A stretch of 62,410 bases of DNA, filler included, from Dugesia japonica (Eukaryota): the NCBI GenBank assembly GCA_001938525.1. It is 6 parts of 6 records of this genome, joined end to end, with 100 filler letters (N's around TTAATTAATTAA, not from the genome) between each part and the next. Parts side by side here need not be neighbours in the genome. Positions count along the whole stretch, not along the records: positions 8,552 to 18,457 come from MQRL01493930.1; positions 18,558 to 29,203 come from MQRL01611011.1; 4 more parts are not named here. One strand, given 5' to 3'. This document shows, piece after piece, positions 12,270 through 24,199 of the stretch. The notes under the pieces are model-generated. The model ran no database searches and was not told where the DNA came from. It saw only the letters and a list, made by a program, of their open reading frames with translations. The translations under genes and the position numbers were made by a program. How positions within the stretch are numbered: the stretch's first letter is position 1; each line of letters opens with the position of its first letter.

Positions 12270-14160
12270 TATTGAGTACTACCGATTTAGCCCACTCTGG
12301 GAACAATCCCATAATCATTGTCCATGACATTTTTCTTTCTTTTTTGTATAAATCGAAACACGCTAGTAATTGAGTCAGTAATACTTTGATTATCTGCACT
12401 ATGACACTATTATTCCCAATAATCCTGTCATTGCTTGTCCGAAAACTATAAATCGACCCAACATCTTCTTTATTACATTTGCTGTTGGTTTTTGAAAGTG
12501 ATCTGGTGATAATAATAATTCATAATTCGGTCTCCCCTCTGACGTAAATGTTCCTCAAGCAACATACACAATATTAGATAAAATTTGCATTCGTTTGACC
12601 GGAAATAACATGTGCTCTCTGTCCTTCTATAGATCCTCCAATTTGTAGATACCGCCTTCTGCTACATTTAATGGATTAAAAGTCCGTCCCATCTTCAGTT
12701 TTAAGGCTGAAAAATTTCTCACAAAGGTATCTGCAGGTAATCTTTCAGGAAAACGTATTCATTTATTGTTAGCCATTTTGAAGTAGGGTCCAAATAAATT
12801 AGAACAGTTCAGTCTGTTCGGCACGAATACTTCTGGTGATATTACTCTAGTAATAGGTTGTACATACTGTTTTTCGCCCATATAATTGATTTCCATATCA
12901 TTATAGCAAGTTTTCTCTCTGGATAAAATTGCTTCCACCCTTCTAAATTGATATGTGAACATAATTTCTCCAAAAATTCGTCCGAATTGACCTTCCTCCA
13001 ATGGTAATACAGGGGTTACATTGTCGGGGTTTGTTATCGCTGTTGCTAATTTTGTCCGTAAAATTTCGCGATTTAACAAGCAGTCATTATAGATTAAATC
13101 ATGATACATTCGCTCCATAGATTGTTGCGCTAAGTAGAACAGAGTGTCTACTTTGTTATTCAGATATAAATATAACTTAGTATTCTGAGGCATAACTCCA
13201 TCTCTCGCCTTTTCCAGTCTCCGTTTTGATATGAAGATTCTATTGTAATTCGTTTTATATGCAATTTCTCCACACTTGGCCTCGGATTTCTTACGGATTA
13301 ATCTATTCATATCATTTGCATCGGTTGCCATTAATACGGTTGGTGTATCAGAACACAATAGGGCTTCCTCCTTGGTTTTCATCTCCACGTTTACTTTTCT
13401 GACTGCTGGCATTCTCTCCTCTTTAATTGAGTCTACAATTTTCTTTCCGCGATACTCATCGAACAAAACCTCTCTAAGAAATGANNNNNNNNNNNNNNNN
13501 NNNNNNNNNNNNNNNNNNNNNNNNNNNNNNNNNNNNNNNNNNNNNNNNNNTGAGGCCAAACACATTGAATACATCTTCATCTTTTTGGTCGTCGTATCAA
13601 ATAAGGCATCAAATTCTTTTAGTTCCACTCTATAACTTTCTATGGCTACTACTCCAGTCGCATAGCCTAAAGGGCTAGTGTATTTCCCCTGTACACAAGT
13701 TCCTGTTGCGTCCGAAATTGATCCTGCTGCGAATAAACGGGTTTGTACTATTTGATCTCCTTTGGCATTAATTATCTTTCCTTCGCCCACTGGTATTTTA
13801 CCGGTTGTAAATCCATATTCGCACCGTTGTCTTGTGAGGAGAACAGGTATTACTTCCATACCTGGGGATATGACTGCCGAATAACTACTTCCTCCACACC
13901 AATATACAAATACTTGCATTGTTACTTTACATTCTCTTACCTTTGTCTTATAATAAACGGATTCTTGGCACACAAAATAACTCATCGACTTCTGTACAAC
14001 TTTTAACTTTTCTGGGTTTGCTTCTGGGCATTCCTCTGCATCGATTAATGAATACACCGTTTCCCCGATATCCATATGATCACAATCATAAGCTCGGATT
14101 GCCGCACTTCGGCCCATTAAGAACATTAATATTAACACCATGAACATGGACTGCATACTG
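12270..14160 (-). pseudogene. Envelope glycoprotein related to chuvirus-type (class III, gB-like) fusogens, with signal peptide and C-terminal TM region
   Basis: Signal MFMVLILMFLMGRSAA, then IRAYDC..YSLIDAEEC, ECKV...YWCG..SYS, CGEIAYKTNY..IFI, YLNNK, CLLNREIL, GEIMF, CYNDMEI..Y.QPITRVI, C..LFGPYF. Manual continuation past the 12759 stop gives GGIYKLEDL..MLFP and the TM FIVFGQAMTGLLGIIV/IVQIIKVLL. Confidence 0.85.
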
Positions 14161-14258
14161 CTAGTTCTTGTACTTGGATTCGCTTCGGTTCCGTATTCGT
14201 CGATATAATCTTTTAATAATGCATGGACCCGTTCGTTTAATTTTCGACGCGAATTCGC

Positions 14259-14687
14259 TTTTGGTTTCATCATTTGGATTATTCCATTCCACCCTCCGGC
14301 ATTTACTAATATCGGATCGATTTGATCATTTGTTATTCCGACTATCGGCAGATTACTCAATTGAAATTTCATTCCTGGCCTACAACGAGCCACTGCTATT
14401 TGCGTTTGTTTTACTAAATATTCAAATGCCACTAGTAATTTCGGAATTGTCGAGCAATTCGACAGTACCCCTTGTACTTCTTTTTCCATCGTTTCCCGAT
14501 CCTTGAGTAGTGTATGTTTGGCAACTGGTAATTTTGCTATGATTGCTTCTAATATCACTGCTAATTGTTTGCTCTCCGTTGACAAAATTGTATTTCCGAT
14601 CCATAGTTTTAAATTTGGATANAGCGCTAGCAATACCTGGTGTACTCGTTTCTCGGTTGATAACGTGTGTGGTTCTAATCTCTCCAT
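14259..14687 (-). CDS. Bcl-2-like domain at the N-terminus of the 642-aa Env ORF
   Basis: BH1-like VQGVLSNCSTIPKLLVAFEY aligns without gaps to [20 protein letters not shown]. BH2-like ILVNAGGWNGI follows 40 residues later (39 in Bcl-2). Confidence 0.65.
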
Positions 14688-14690
14688 TAT

Positions 14691-15300
14691 TTACGAGGAT
14701 AATTCGGCCATTTGTTCATCCCTGGTTGGTTTTCTTCTCGTTGTGCCACTTGTTGTTGCTCCTTTTTGTCGACCCCTGGGCTTTTTATCCATCCACGTCT
14801 CCGAATCGCGATTCACTCGTTGATGTGTCTCATTATCGGTGGTATCATCGGTATTATCCGTTGTCTTCACTTCTTCAAACATTGCACGTGGTGGTATCAT
14901 CTCGCATGTTATTCCACCCAATCTAACTGATATATCATCGTCCTCCAGATCCAGGTCTACTTGATTTGGATTGAATTTTCCCGACTTCTTTGGTTTTATT
15001 AGTATTTCTGACTCTGACGTTGTCGCTGGTTCCATTGAAGTTATTTGAATTTCTTCATCATCCCCCTCATCTTCAAGATTCAAAATTTGTTCAACTATTT
15101 CATCTTTTGTAGTATTTTCTGTTGTCGACTCCTTGATTGGCGATTTTCTTGGTCGTCCTCTTGATTTGGCAACTACTTCACTCGTGTTACCTGGCTTTAC
15201 TAGTTGTAAAAATGATTTTATTGATGTCTGACTGGATCCTAGTCCCAATTGCAATTTATTTTTAACTTCCTTGGCTGGTAATTTTCTTCTGGTCAATCGT
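14691..15300 (-). pseudogene. Low-complexity acidic/basic region with AT-hook motif(s)
   Basis: KSRGRPRKSP is a canonical AT-hook core; KPRGRQKG is a weaker second one. In frame with the Bcl-2/Env ORF across a single TAA at 14691-14693. Confidence 0.6.
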
Positions 15301-15314
15301 TTACTACCTTCCGG

Positions 15315-18300
15315 TTTGATATAAATTTTATTCTCTACCTTTTGTCGGATATCTAACGTTCCGATGATATNGTTATTCAATAATTCCCGATTATTCAATA
15401 GTAGTACATATGGTGGCTCGAATGGTATTTTGAATTTCATCTGTTATACTGTCTCGTACACCAAATTTGGGATTCTCGTTACATCTGGTTCTATGATTCT
15501 GAAGCTAAATCTAAGTGGTAATACTTCATCTTATTCGCATTTCTTCAACCTTGATATCAGCAGTTTAATTTGCTTTGGTCTCCATTTGCATTTCTCTTTA
15601 CATCTGGATATTTCGTAAGTCAACGACCTCAACTCCTTAATTGACAAATCACTCTGCAATACTTGATCCGCTATATGCTCCACACTGGTTTTGTTTATAC
15701 TTTTCTCTTGATATTTTGATATGAATTGATCTGCCATATCGGCAGAATTTCCACTACACTTTTTCGATTTACCGGTCATTACCGCGACCATTTCCTGTGA
15801 TCTGCTCAACTCCTGATTTGATTTGTATTGTCGGTGTAATCTTGGTCTCTGCTGTATTACTGCTATCGTTTCTCGATTTGCTAATTTGATTTCTTTATTA
15901 TGTAGTTGCAATCCCCATGGCAACTTTGGATTGATATTCTCGGCATAATATCGTATTGTTTTTCTTAATAAATTCTCTCTAATTGTCTTTAACGTATACC
16001 GGTTTCTCTCATTTTCTTCACTTGCAAAAATATAGACATTCATTATATGACTTGGCTATGTGCCTGATCTCTTTACTGGATACTCGTCATGGTCCTCCGT
16101 AATATCTCCTTCACAATAAACTACAATATCTTCTCGTTTAGTAATTGGTGTATTCTCTTTTCCTCTCGCAGTTTGTTTATTCAAATGTTTGATAATTTTC
16201 TTTATTAATTTATCCCAACTTGTCGTCGTTTTAACATCAAACTCTTTACTTGATTCATCCGGAAAACGTACAGTTACTTGCACCTCTTGTTTTGATATGC
16301 TATCTGCATGAGTTATCGTTAACGTATGTATAAGCGTGTACAACGTTTTCCCTACTATCATACACAATTGGTTCAATCTATTTATTATCTCTTGAATATT
16401 TAATTCTTTCATTTGACTGTAATTCTTATAAATTGTTAACGCCATTTTTGCATGAGTTTGTTTCAAACTCTTCCATGGTTCACTTTCATTTTCTGCTTCT
16501 GCAATCCACTCAATCTCCTCGTCAGTAACGATTCTCAAATATTCCATTATATCTATTTCGTTTACATACACATTTCTCATTTTTGTTCTAATTCGACTAA
16601 TTGATTGTAATTCAAACATTTCGGTTTTCTGTCATCTAATTCCAACGTTAATTCAGTAATCTCTCCTGGTCNCAATCGGAACTCAATCACATGTTGATCC
16701 CTTTTATTCAACTTGTCCCTTTGTATAATCAAATAATCACACATAATCCAATACTTCTCAAAGGTTTTCTCTAAAGGCAATTTACTCAATATTGCTCGCA
16801 ACTCACCCACTCTGGTAGTTTGAAGTCCAGAACTCCACTATTTTCGTCTGCATGGTCATGAAAAAATTATCATCTATTGTAGGATAATTGATTTTTACCC
16901 CAAAATCCGATCCAACCGTTGTTGTTATTATCATCTCCTGGTACTCTTTAATTAATTCAGACCAGTTCCTCCGATGTTCCCATAGTATATCATAATGATA
17001 GTGTGCATCCCAGACTAAATTCAGCATTCTCCAATACGTTTGTTTCGGAATTAATTCCTTNCTCTCCAATGTGATACCCACGTATTTGTTTATTGCAGCA
17101 AAGTTATGATAGTAATCCTCATTGCTCTCCTCATTGACAATAGCTGATGTTTCACTCGGCTCATTCACACTTCCTTCTTCCACATTACTTGACTGTTTAG
17201 TTCCCTTTTTACTTCTATTTATTATTTTTATTGAAAATGATCTCATCATAAAAACTGTTCATCTTTAGCTTCTGTAGTAGTTTTAATTACAACGCTCGGC
17301 ATTTCAACTTTTGGTAATTCCATCAACTGAATTGCCAGTGGTGCCTTCTTTTCTGGCAAAGGCGCGAGATATTTGATTTGGCATTTATTCAATGAAATCA
17401 TTATATTTTCAGTTGTTCTAAAGTATAAATGAGGCCAAATTAGTTCGTTATATAAACGCATTCTCCGACTCTCTAACAACGTAATTACCATAGAAGTTCC
17501 AGGTTTCAGACCATATTCATAAATATGGGCATTTACATCATTGATGCTAACTACTGACACTGGTGTTCAAACAATAAATTCGCCTAATGGTTTTGCCCAG
17601 TTGACCTCCTCCAACGCATTGAGTAAATCTTTCACCGTCGTTCCTTTCAATTCTACCCCTCGTGGGATGTTACGCTTTGTCGACACTGGTACTTTCTTCA
17701 AAACCTGATCCATAGTGATGTATGGGGTTCTATCTTCATCTGGTCGCCATGCTTCCATTGCTTTGATTTTATAATCCCCCACAGTCGTGTTTTCCAGCAA
17801 CTCTTTCTCATATTCCAGAATTAATGGTCTCCATTTTTGACCCGTCATCGTGTCAATATGACCTGGTTTGGCTAACTCAACTAAATGATTCATTAATTTC
17901 CAATAAGCCTTTCTGCTTAGTTCATCTTTCAATAACTTAGCATTCTTTATGACTGTTTCTACATAATCATACACTCTTGTTTTGTTCTAATAGGTGCTTT
18001 CAATCGCGCTGGATTGCTTTTGGTTATCATGCTGATTTGAGCCATGGTATTTTCTGATTTTGCTGCTCCTCTTGTTGGTCGGGTCATTGGCTGTTTGATC
18101 TTCTTTACCACGTTTGCCAGGAATCCCTGCTGCAATTTACTTATTCCTTTGGTTGTGGTTGTTGACTCCGTCCGTAATAACACTATATATTTGTGATATT
18201 TCTTTTCAAATGATTTTACTATTTGCTCAGTCGTTCTGAAATCAAAATAATACCACAATGGACGTTTAATGCGATGCATATCTACTAAATCAATTATCTT

Positions 18301-18457
18301 TTCAAATGATTTTACTATTTTCTCAGTCGTTCTGAAATCAAAATAATACCACAATGGACGTTTAATGCGATGCATATCTACTTAATCAATTAACTTTATT
18401 GTTGTTTCACTTGGACAGACCCCATATTCCGATATATGTGCTTTAACATCATCTTGT
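15315..18457 (-). pseudogene. Repeated ubiquitin-like (beta-grasp) and helical modules in the 5' part of the retroelement polyprotein
   Basis: Ubl-like segments: TTVKDLLNAL..AHIYEYGLKPGTSMVITLL; VGELRAILSK..QHVIEFRLxPGEITELTL; VQVTVRFPDESSKEFDVKTTT; ETV*QMKFKI..LLLNNRELLNNxIIGTLDI. Internal repeats YW..W..LI.EY....TTVG and FRTTE.I..S..K each recur. Confidence 0.55.
18203..18392. repeat. 96-bp in-frame tandem duplication
   Basis: MHRIKRPLWYYFDFRTTE(K/Q)IVKSFEK is encoded twice, 96 nt apart. Confidence 0.9.
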
Positions 18458-18557
18458 NNNNNNNNNNNNNNNNNNNNNNNNNNNNNNNNNNNNNNNNNNN
18501 NTTAATTAATTAANNNNNNNNNNNNNNNNNNNNNNNNNNNNNNNNNNNNNNNNNNNN
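18458..18557. other. Artificial contig spacer
   Basis: 44N-TTAATTAATTAA-44N. Confidence 0.95.
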
Positions 18558-20184
18558 TTTTACAACTCAAGTGTTAATTTTTATGGAACCAAATAACAAA
18601 ATAAAAGATTCTGAGGAAACTACTTACATCTACAAATACCACAATAAGTATTTTACAAAATAAATAATGAAAACTTACAGATTGCTTATTTCCGATTATA
18701 TCTTTATTTAAAAAATTTTCAATGAGATAAATAATTATGTACAATTTGATTAAAATTATTGATTACATAACGTTTCAAGAAAATATAAGGTTTCTAATAA
18801 ATAAAAAAAAGAATGTAAAAATACCCGCACGAACCAAAATATCGATCGGTATCGTGGAATGCAGAACAATATTGAGAAAAATACAATTTAGAAGAAAGGC
18901 AAACATTTCAAAATTAACATCAAATAATCGATTTAAGGCTTCAAAAACTGCATCTAGTAGCGCCGCTTGATTAATTACACCTCAAAAAGACCCATTTTCA
19001 CAACCAAGATAGCTCTAGTAATCTTTTTATACAAAGACATATTTACAAATTATTATTACATAATATCTTTGAAGAAGACACCAAAGACGAGTATTAAATG
19101 CTATTTTCGGATCGTATTTTGTGTTGACTAGATATACAGTTTCAAGTTTCCCCAGATGACATTTTGTAATATGAAATTTTGCTAAATCTGGAATTTCAAC
19201 TGCTATAACGCGGGATTTTGGATCAGATATATTTAGTTCTTCTTGGATCTGGAAAAAATGATTTTATGATTATTTATCATTTAAACAAATTGTGAAAAAA
19301 AATAAAAATAAAGTATTAAGTTTTCTCAATTTTTTAGTCAACATATCGTATCCATTTAATTGTGTACTAGCTAAATTTAATATATAAAAGTTGATTAATA
19401 AAATTAAATCAATAGAGTAATTTGTAAATATTTTCTGAAAATTTTAAGATACTTTAAAATTAGGGTTACCAACACCTACAACTTCGATCCCGGGAGATTA
19501 TAAAATTGCAACCATTATAATTTATAACGCTTAATAAATATAAAAAGTGGTTTTCATTTTTTAGTTGACACTGCCACAGCTTACACATGATGATGTGTGT
19601 GACTTTATCGATATGATGACTAATACCAAAAAGATGTAAACAAAATTACCTTGTAAAAACTGAAAGACGAGTAGATTAAATCTCCCGAGTCAGAAATAAC
19701 CCGAGACAGGAGATGAAATCCAGTTCCGGATTTAAGCCTATTTAAAATGGAAATATTTTTTTTATTTTTTTTAAACAAATAATATTTTAATACTAAGATA
19801 AATATGAAAAAAATTAATGCTTTGGATAAAATTTTTTATTAGTCAAAAAAACTACAAAATTCATAAGATAATGAATCTTAAAAAATAAAAAAAAATAATT
19901 CGTTCGAATATTGCGTTTATTATAATTATATTTGTTAGTTTTAAGATAAAAGCGACATATTTAATTTTTATGAATCCAATAAATCTAACGTGGCAACCAC
20001 GTTATTGGCAGATTTCTTAAAACCATTAGATGTTTATGAAATTGAAAACTATTTAAATCAGTTCATTAAAATTTTGAAAGATTTTTTGACCTTGTGAATA
20101 AAAACAGAACTTCACAAATTCATTCATAAATAAACTAAATATGCAAAATATTTGGAAGGTCTATTTGAAAGCAATCAAAATAAT

Positions 20185-20694
20185 AGGGTGTTACAAAAAA
20201 CTTTCGTTTTTTTAAGTTAGGAAATCGCCAGAATAACAATATCAGATATGAAGTTTCAAATAATTGTAGCCTGTAATTTTTATGGCGATTTCAGATTTAC
20301 AGTCTTAGAACGTAAACAAACCATTAATTCTGAACGATATATCGATTTTCTGAAATCAATCTTAGATATGAGAGAATCTGGATGTCTGGAGCTGATGCAT
20401 GATAATGCTCGTCCGCATACGGCTGTCGTAACGCAAAAGTTCTGTAAAGATCATCAAATTAAACAATTAAAGCAACCCCCTTATTCGCCTGATATGAATT
20501 TATTGGATAGATTCGTCTTTAGAAATCTCTAATTTGACAGGAGAAAAAAACGATTTCCTAATAATAAGTCGTTTTCGGAATATATACAGAATTTTATGGA
20601 AAATATGATTACAAGGTCTAAGTTATCTAAAGAGTTAAATCATTTGAAAAATAATTTGCCCGAGGTAATCAAGAAGAATGGAAATTATATTTAA
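20185..20694 (+). mobile_element. Tc1/mariner transposase catalytic-domain fragment
   Basis: TINSERYIDFL...LMHDNARPHTA...QPPYSPDMNLLD..VF, continuing past a stop to ...IKKNGNYI*. Confidence 0.88.
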
Positions 20695-22934
20695 CTCTAT
20701 ACATTTATAAATATATATAATTATTCATTTAAACCTATATATTACTTTGTACTGAACAATATTAAAGAAGCTTTCAATAAATATTTTATGAAATTGCATA
20801 GAAGTCGATACAGTTTTCAAAATCATATGTAAAAACATGGGAAAATAATTAAAATACTGCGTAAAAGTCATAAAAAAGTTTATGAAATTTCATAGAAGCT
20901 TTATAATTGCAATTATTGTGAGAATAATTGTTGGACTTAACCATTAATCGCATTTGAGATTTCATTAAAATAAAGAAAAACGTTCGATCAAAATAAAATG
21001 TATTTTTTATAGTGTTATTTTCGACACTTGTCTTCTTCAGGAATAATGACTTTTTGATGGATTCAAAACGATAAGAGATCTTTGCTACAAAATTCGTTAT
21101 ATTTTATCAATTTTTTTGATCTATTTAAATTATGATTTTATTATTTTAAAATTAAATTTCAAAAAAATCTTTTTCAATCAAATTGAATTGAAAATCTGTC
21201 GAATGTTTTAAAAAAATAATATACTAAAGTAATAAAATATGTATTTTTTTTATTTAAATATTGTTTTATTTAAATTTTTTATTTTTAAATTAAATTAATT
21301 TATTTAAATATTATTTATTTTTAAATATATAAAATATGTATTTTATTAACATTAAAATATTACAATACTAAAACTTTAAAACATTAAAATATTATAATTT
21401 TCTTACATCTATAGTAGCTTTTGAACGTAGTGGAACTAGAAATTTCAAGTGTTTTTGATAATTCAAAATATTTAAATTCACTATCATGCAGGGTGTGAAA
21501 ATTCATTAGACTAACTTTACAATGGTGGTTTAGTAGCAAGTAGATAAGAGAACACTAAACCACAGTAGATGAATGCATACGTACGAGAACAGTTGTGAAT
21601 TTTCTTTAAATGACTTCTATTCAACTTCATAAAATATTTAGCAACTTTTATGAAATTTCATAAAATATTTAGCAACTTCGATGAAATTTCATTAAAATAA
21701 ATAAAATGCTTCAATCAAAACAAAATGAATTTTTTATAGAAATTCAAATTTAAACACATTAAAATACTAAAATAAAATTATTTTTTTCTAAAGAGGATAA
21801 ATTTAAAGAGGATAAATTAAAGAGGATAAACCTAAGATTAACATGATTTTTAATAATTACAATAATTTAAAATTTTAAAAGAAAATTAGTATCAATAAAT
21901 TAAATTTTAAAGAAAATTTTTTTTTAGTAAAAAAAATATTGATAAAAGATTGTTTTTATATGAATTGGAAGAAGCTTTTGAATGTTTATTAAAAGTTGAT
22001 GGAAGAAAATAATTTTATTTTAGTATTTTAATAGTTTAATGTGTTTAAGTTTAAATTTGAAAATATTATGTAAAGTTTAAATCATTACAATAAAAATTAT
22101 AATGATAGTTAACATAACAATGTAAATAAAATCATTACAATAAAAATTGCGATGAAAATAACTTATTAATACACTAAAAATATTGATAATATTATGTANN
22201 NNNNNNNNNNNNNNNNNNNNNNNNNNNNNNNNNNNNNNNNNNNNNNNNNNNNNNNNNNNNNNNNNNNNNNNNNNNNNNNNNNNNNNNNNNNNNNNNNNNN
22301 NNNNNNNNNNNNNNNNNNNNNNNNNTAAAATTTAATCTTAATAAATCTAACCTCTATTCATAATTTCCTTTGTCATAAACATCCTTAGAAAAATCATTTG
22401 ATTTTTCAGTCTAAAATATAAATCAATAACAATAAATTAATTAATTAAACTTACAATTTTTGTTGAAATATTTTTCTTTTAATTCAATTTGTTTATATCT
22501 AAAATTTAAAAAAAATCATTAAAATAAATTAACAAATAAATATTCACTTATTTTATAATAGATTTTTAAAGTTCATTTAACGTTTCATTTATTTAACTCA
22601 GTTAAACAAAAATAAATAAATAATTTCCATATAATAATAAATCATCCATCATTTTTAATTTAATATACTTAAACAGAAATTAATTTAATATTAATTTAAA
22701 ATTTATTAATTAAAAACTTATTAATTAAAATCTTATGAACTTTAAAAACANNNNNNNNNNNNNNNNNNNNNNNNNNNNNNNNNNNNNNNNNNNNNNNNNN
22801 NNNNNNNNNNNNNNNNNNNNNNNNNNNNNNNNNNNNNNNNNNNNNNNNNNNNNNNNNNNNNNNNNNNNNNNNNNNNNNNNNNNNNNNNNNNNNNNNNNNN
22901 NNNNNNNNNNNNNNGTACTTTGTTTAATTGAATT

Positions 22935-23195
22935 CATGTTGCATTTTCCTTGTTATAGTTGCATTATTGTTGCATTTTCTTTGTTATAGTTGCATTACTG
23001 TTGCATTTTCTTTCTTATAGTTGCATAAGTGATGCAATAGATTTCATGTTGCATTTTCTTTGTTATAGTTACATTTTCCTTGTTATAATTACATTTTCTT
23101 TGTTATAGTTGAATTAGTGTTGCATTTTCCTTGTTATATCTGAATTCATGTTGCAGTTTCTTTATTATAATCTCATACGTGTTGCATTGTCTTTG
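22935..23195. repeat. Minisatellite (gttgcattttc(c/t)ttgttata-type units)
   Basis: About ten degenerate tandem copies are visible. Confidence 0.85.
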
Positions 23196-24199
23196 TAATG
23201 ATTGTATTCATTTTAATAGGGGAACATAATAACATGTCGCTCCATCCCTCTTCAAAAAAAATAATTTTTTTGTATTTGTTTCAATTACAAGGGTTTTTTT
23301 TCAAGAAATTGTACAATTTATTTTACCTTTATGTTTTAATTATTATTATTTTTTTTTTTAAAATTTTTATTTAAATTTTATTTTTTAAAACTTTTTTTAA
23401 AATTTTGTTTTTATTTTTTATTAAAATTCTTTTGTTAAAATTTTTTTTTTTCAAATTTTAATTTTACAGTTCATCTCTTTTTTTGTTAATTTATTTAATG
23501 TCACGAGTAACATTTTCAAATAGAGAATTAAAAAGTAAGATAGGAATGTCTCATACACTTTTATTCTTAAATGCTTTCTTTCGGTGGAAAAATAGGAACA
23601 AAGAAATTTAGTTTTTTGAAGACAGAGTCAAGTAGAAACATGATATCACACCGAACTTTACATTGTTGGACGCACAATCAGAACACGAACAAATTAGTGT
23701 ACAAAAATATTTCTACTAACGTAATTATAAAAATATTATTCAACAAAGAAATTTCAAAAAGTGGATAAAATCAACCATTTTGAATTTTTTTAAAATTGTT
23801 TCTTGTACAATTTGGTAAAGAATTAAAAACCATTTATCCATTGTTTAAAGGACCAGTATGACAAAATGTATACTTTACGAGAAAATCACATAAGAAAGAA
23901 CAAAGGACTTTTAAAAAATATTTTTAAAATGAATCTTTGTCATCATTTCTTTATCAATATGTATCAAAGTTTATATCATTTGAATGGCAATAAGATGACA
24001 AATACGCGTGTCATGTTTTCTAAACAGTTTGACGAATAAGTAACGAGTTAGTCGTCATTTAAACATTAAACATGAATAAAAAATGAACAAATTAACTACT
24101 CACAAAATGTAAATAGATAAAACTTATTTTAAAAATGTTAATATGTTGCATTCGTGTTGCACATCTCCTATAAAAATGAACACACATACATATACTTGG

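Larger units (their letters stand above)
9074..18457 (-). mobile_element. Large envelope-bearing Ty3/Gypsy (Metaviridae-type) retroelement, decayed and truncated at both ends
   Basis: Continuous higher-GC coding block with all long ORFs on the minus strand. Many adjacent ORFs share a frame, separated by point stops (16619>16043>15440>14687; 12399>11613; 11281>10513>9565). RT motifs are Gypsy-type. Confidence 0.92.

Noticed and set aside
9883-15618. Plus-strand ORFs antisense to the retroelement
   Set aside because: Shadow ORFs of the minus-strand coding region; no motifs.
1990-18457. Polinton and Env-retroelement forming one hybrid virus
   Set aside because: Separated by host sequence, a SAS-4 exon and an artificial contig spacer.
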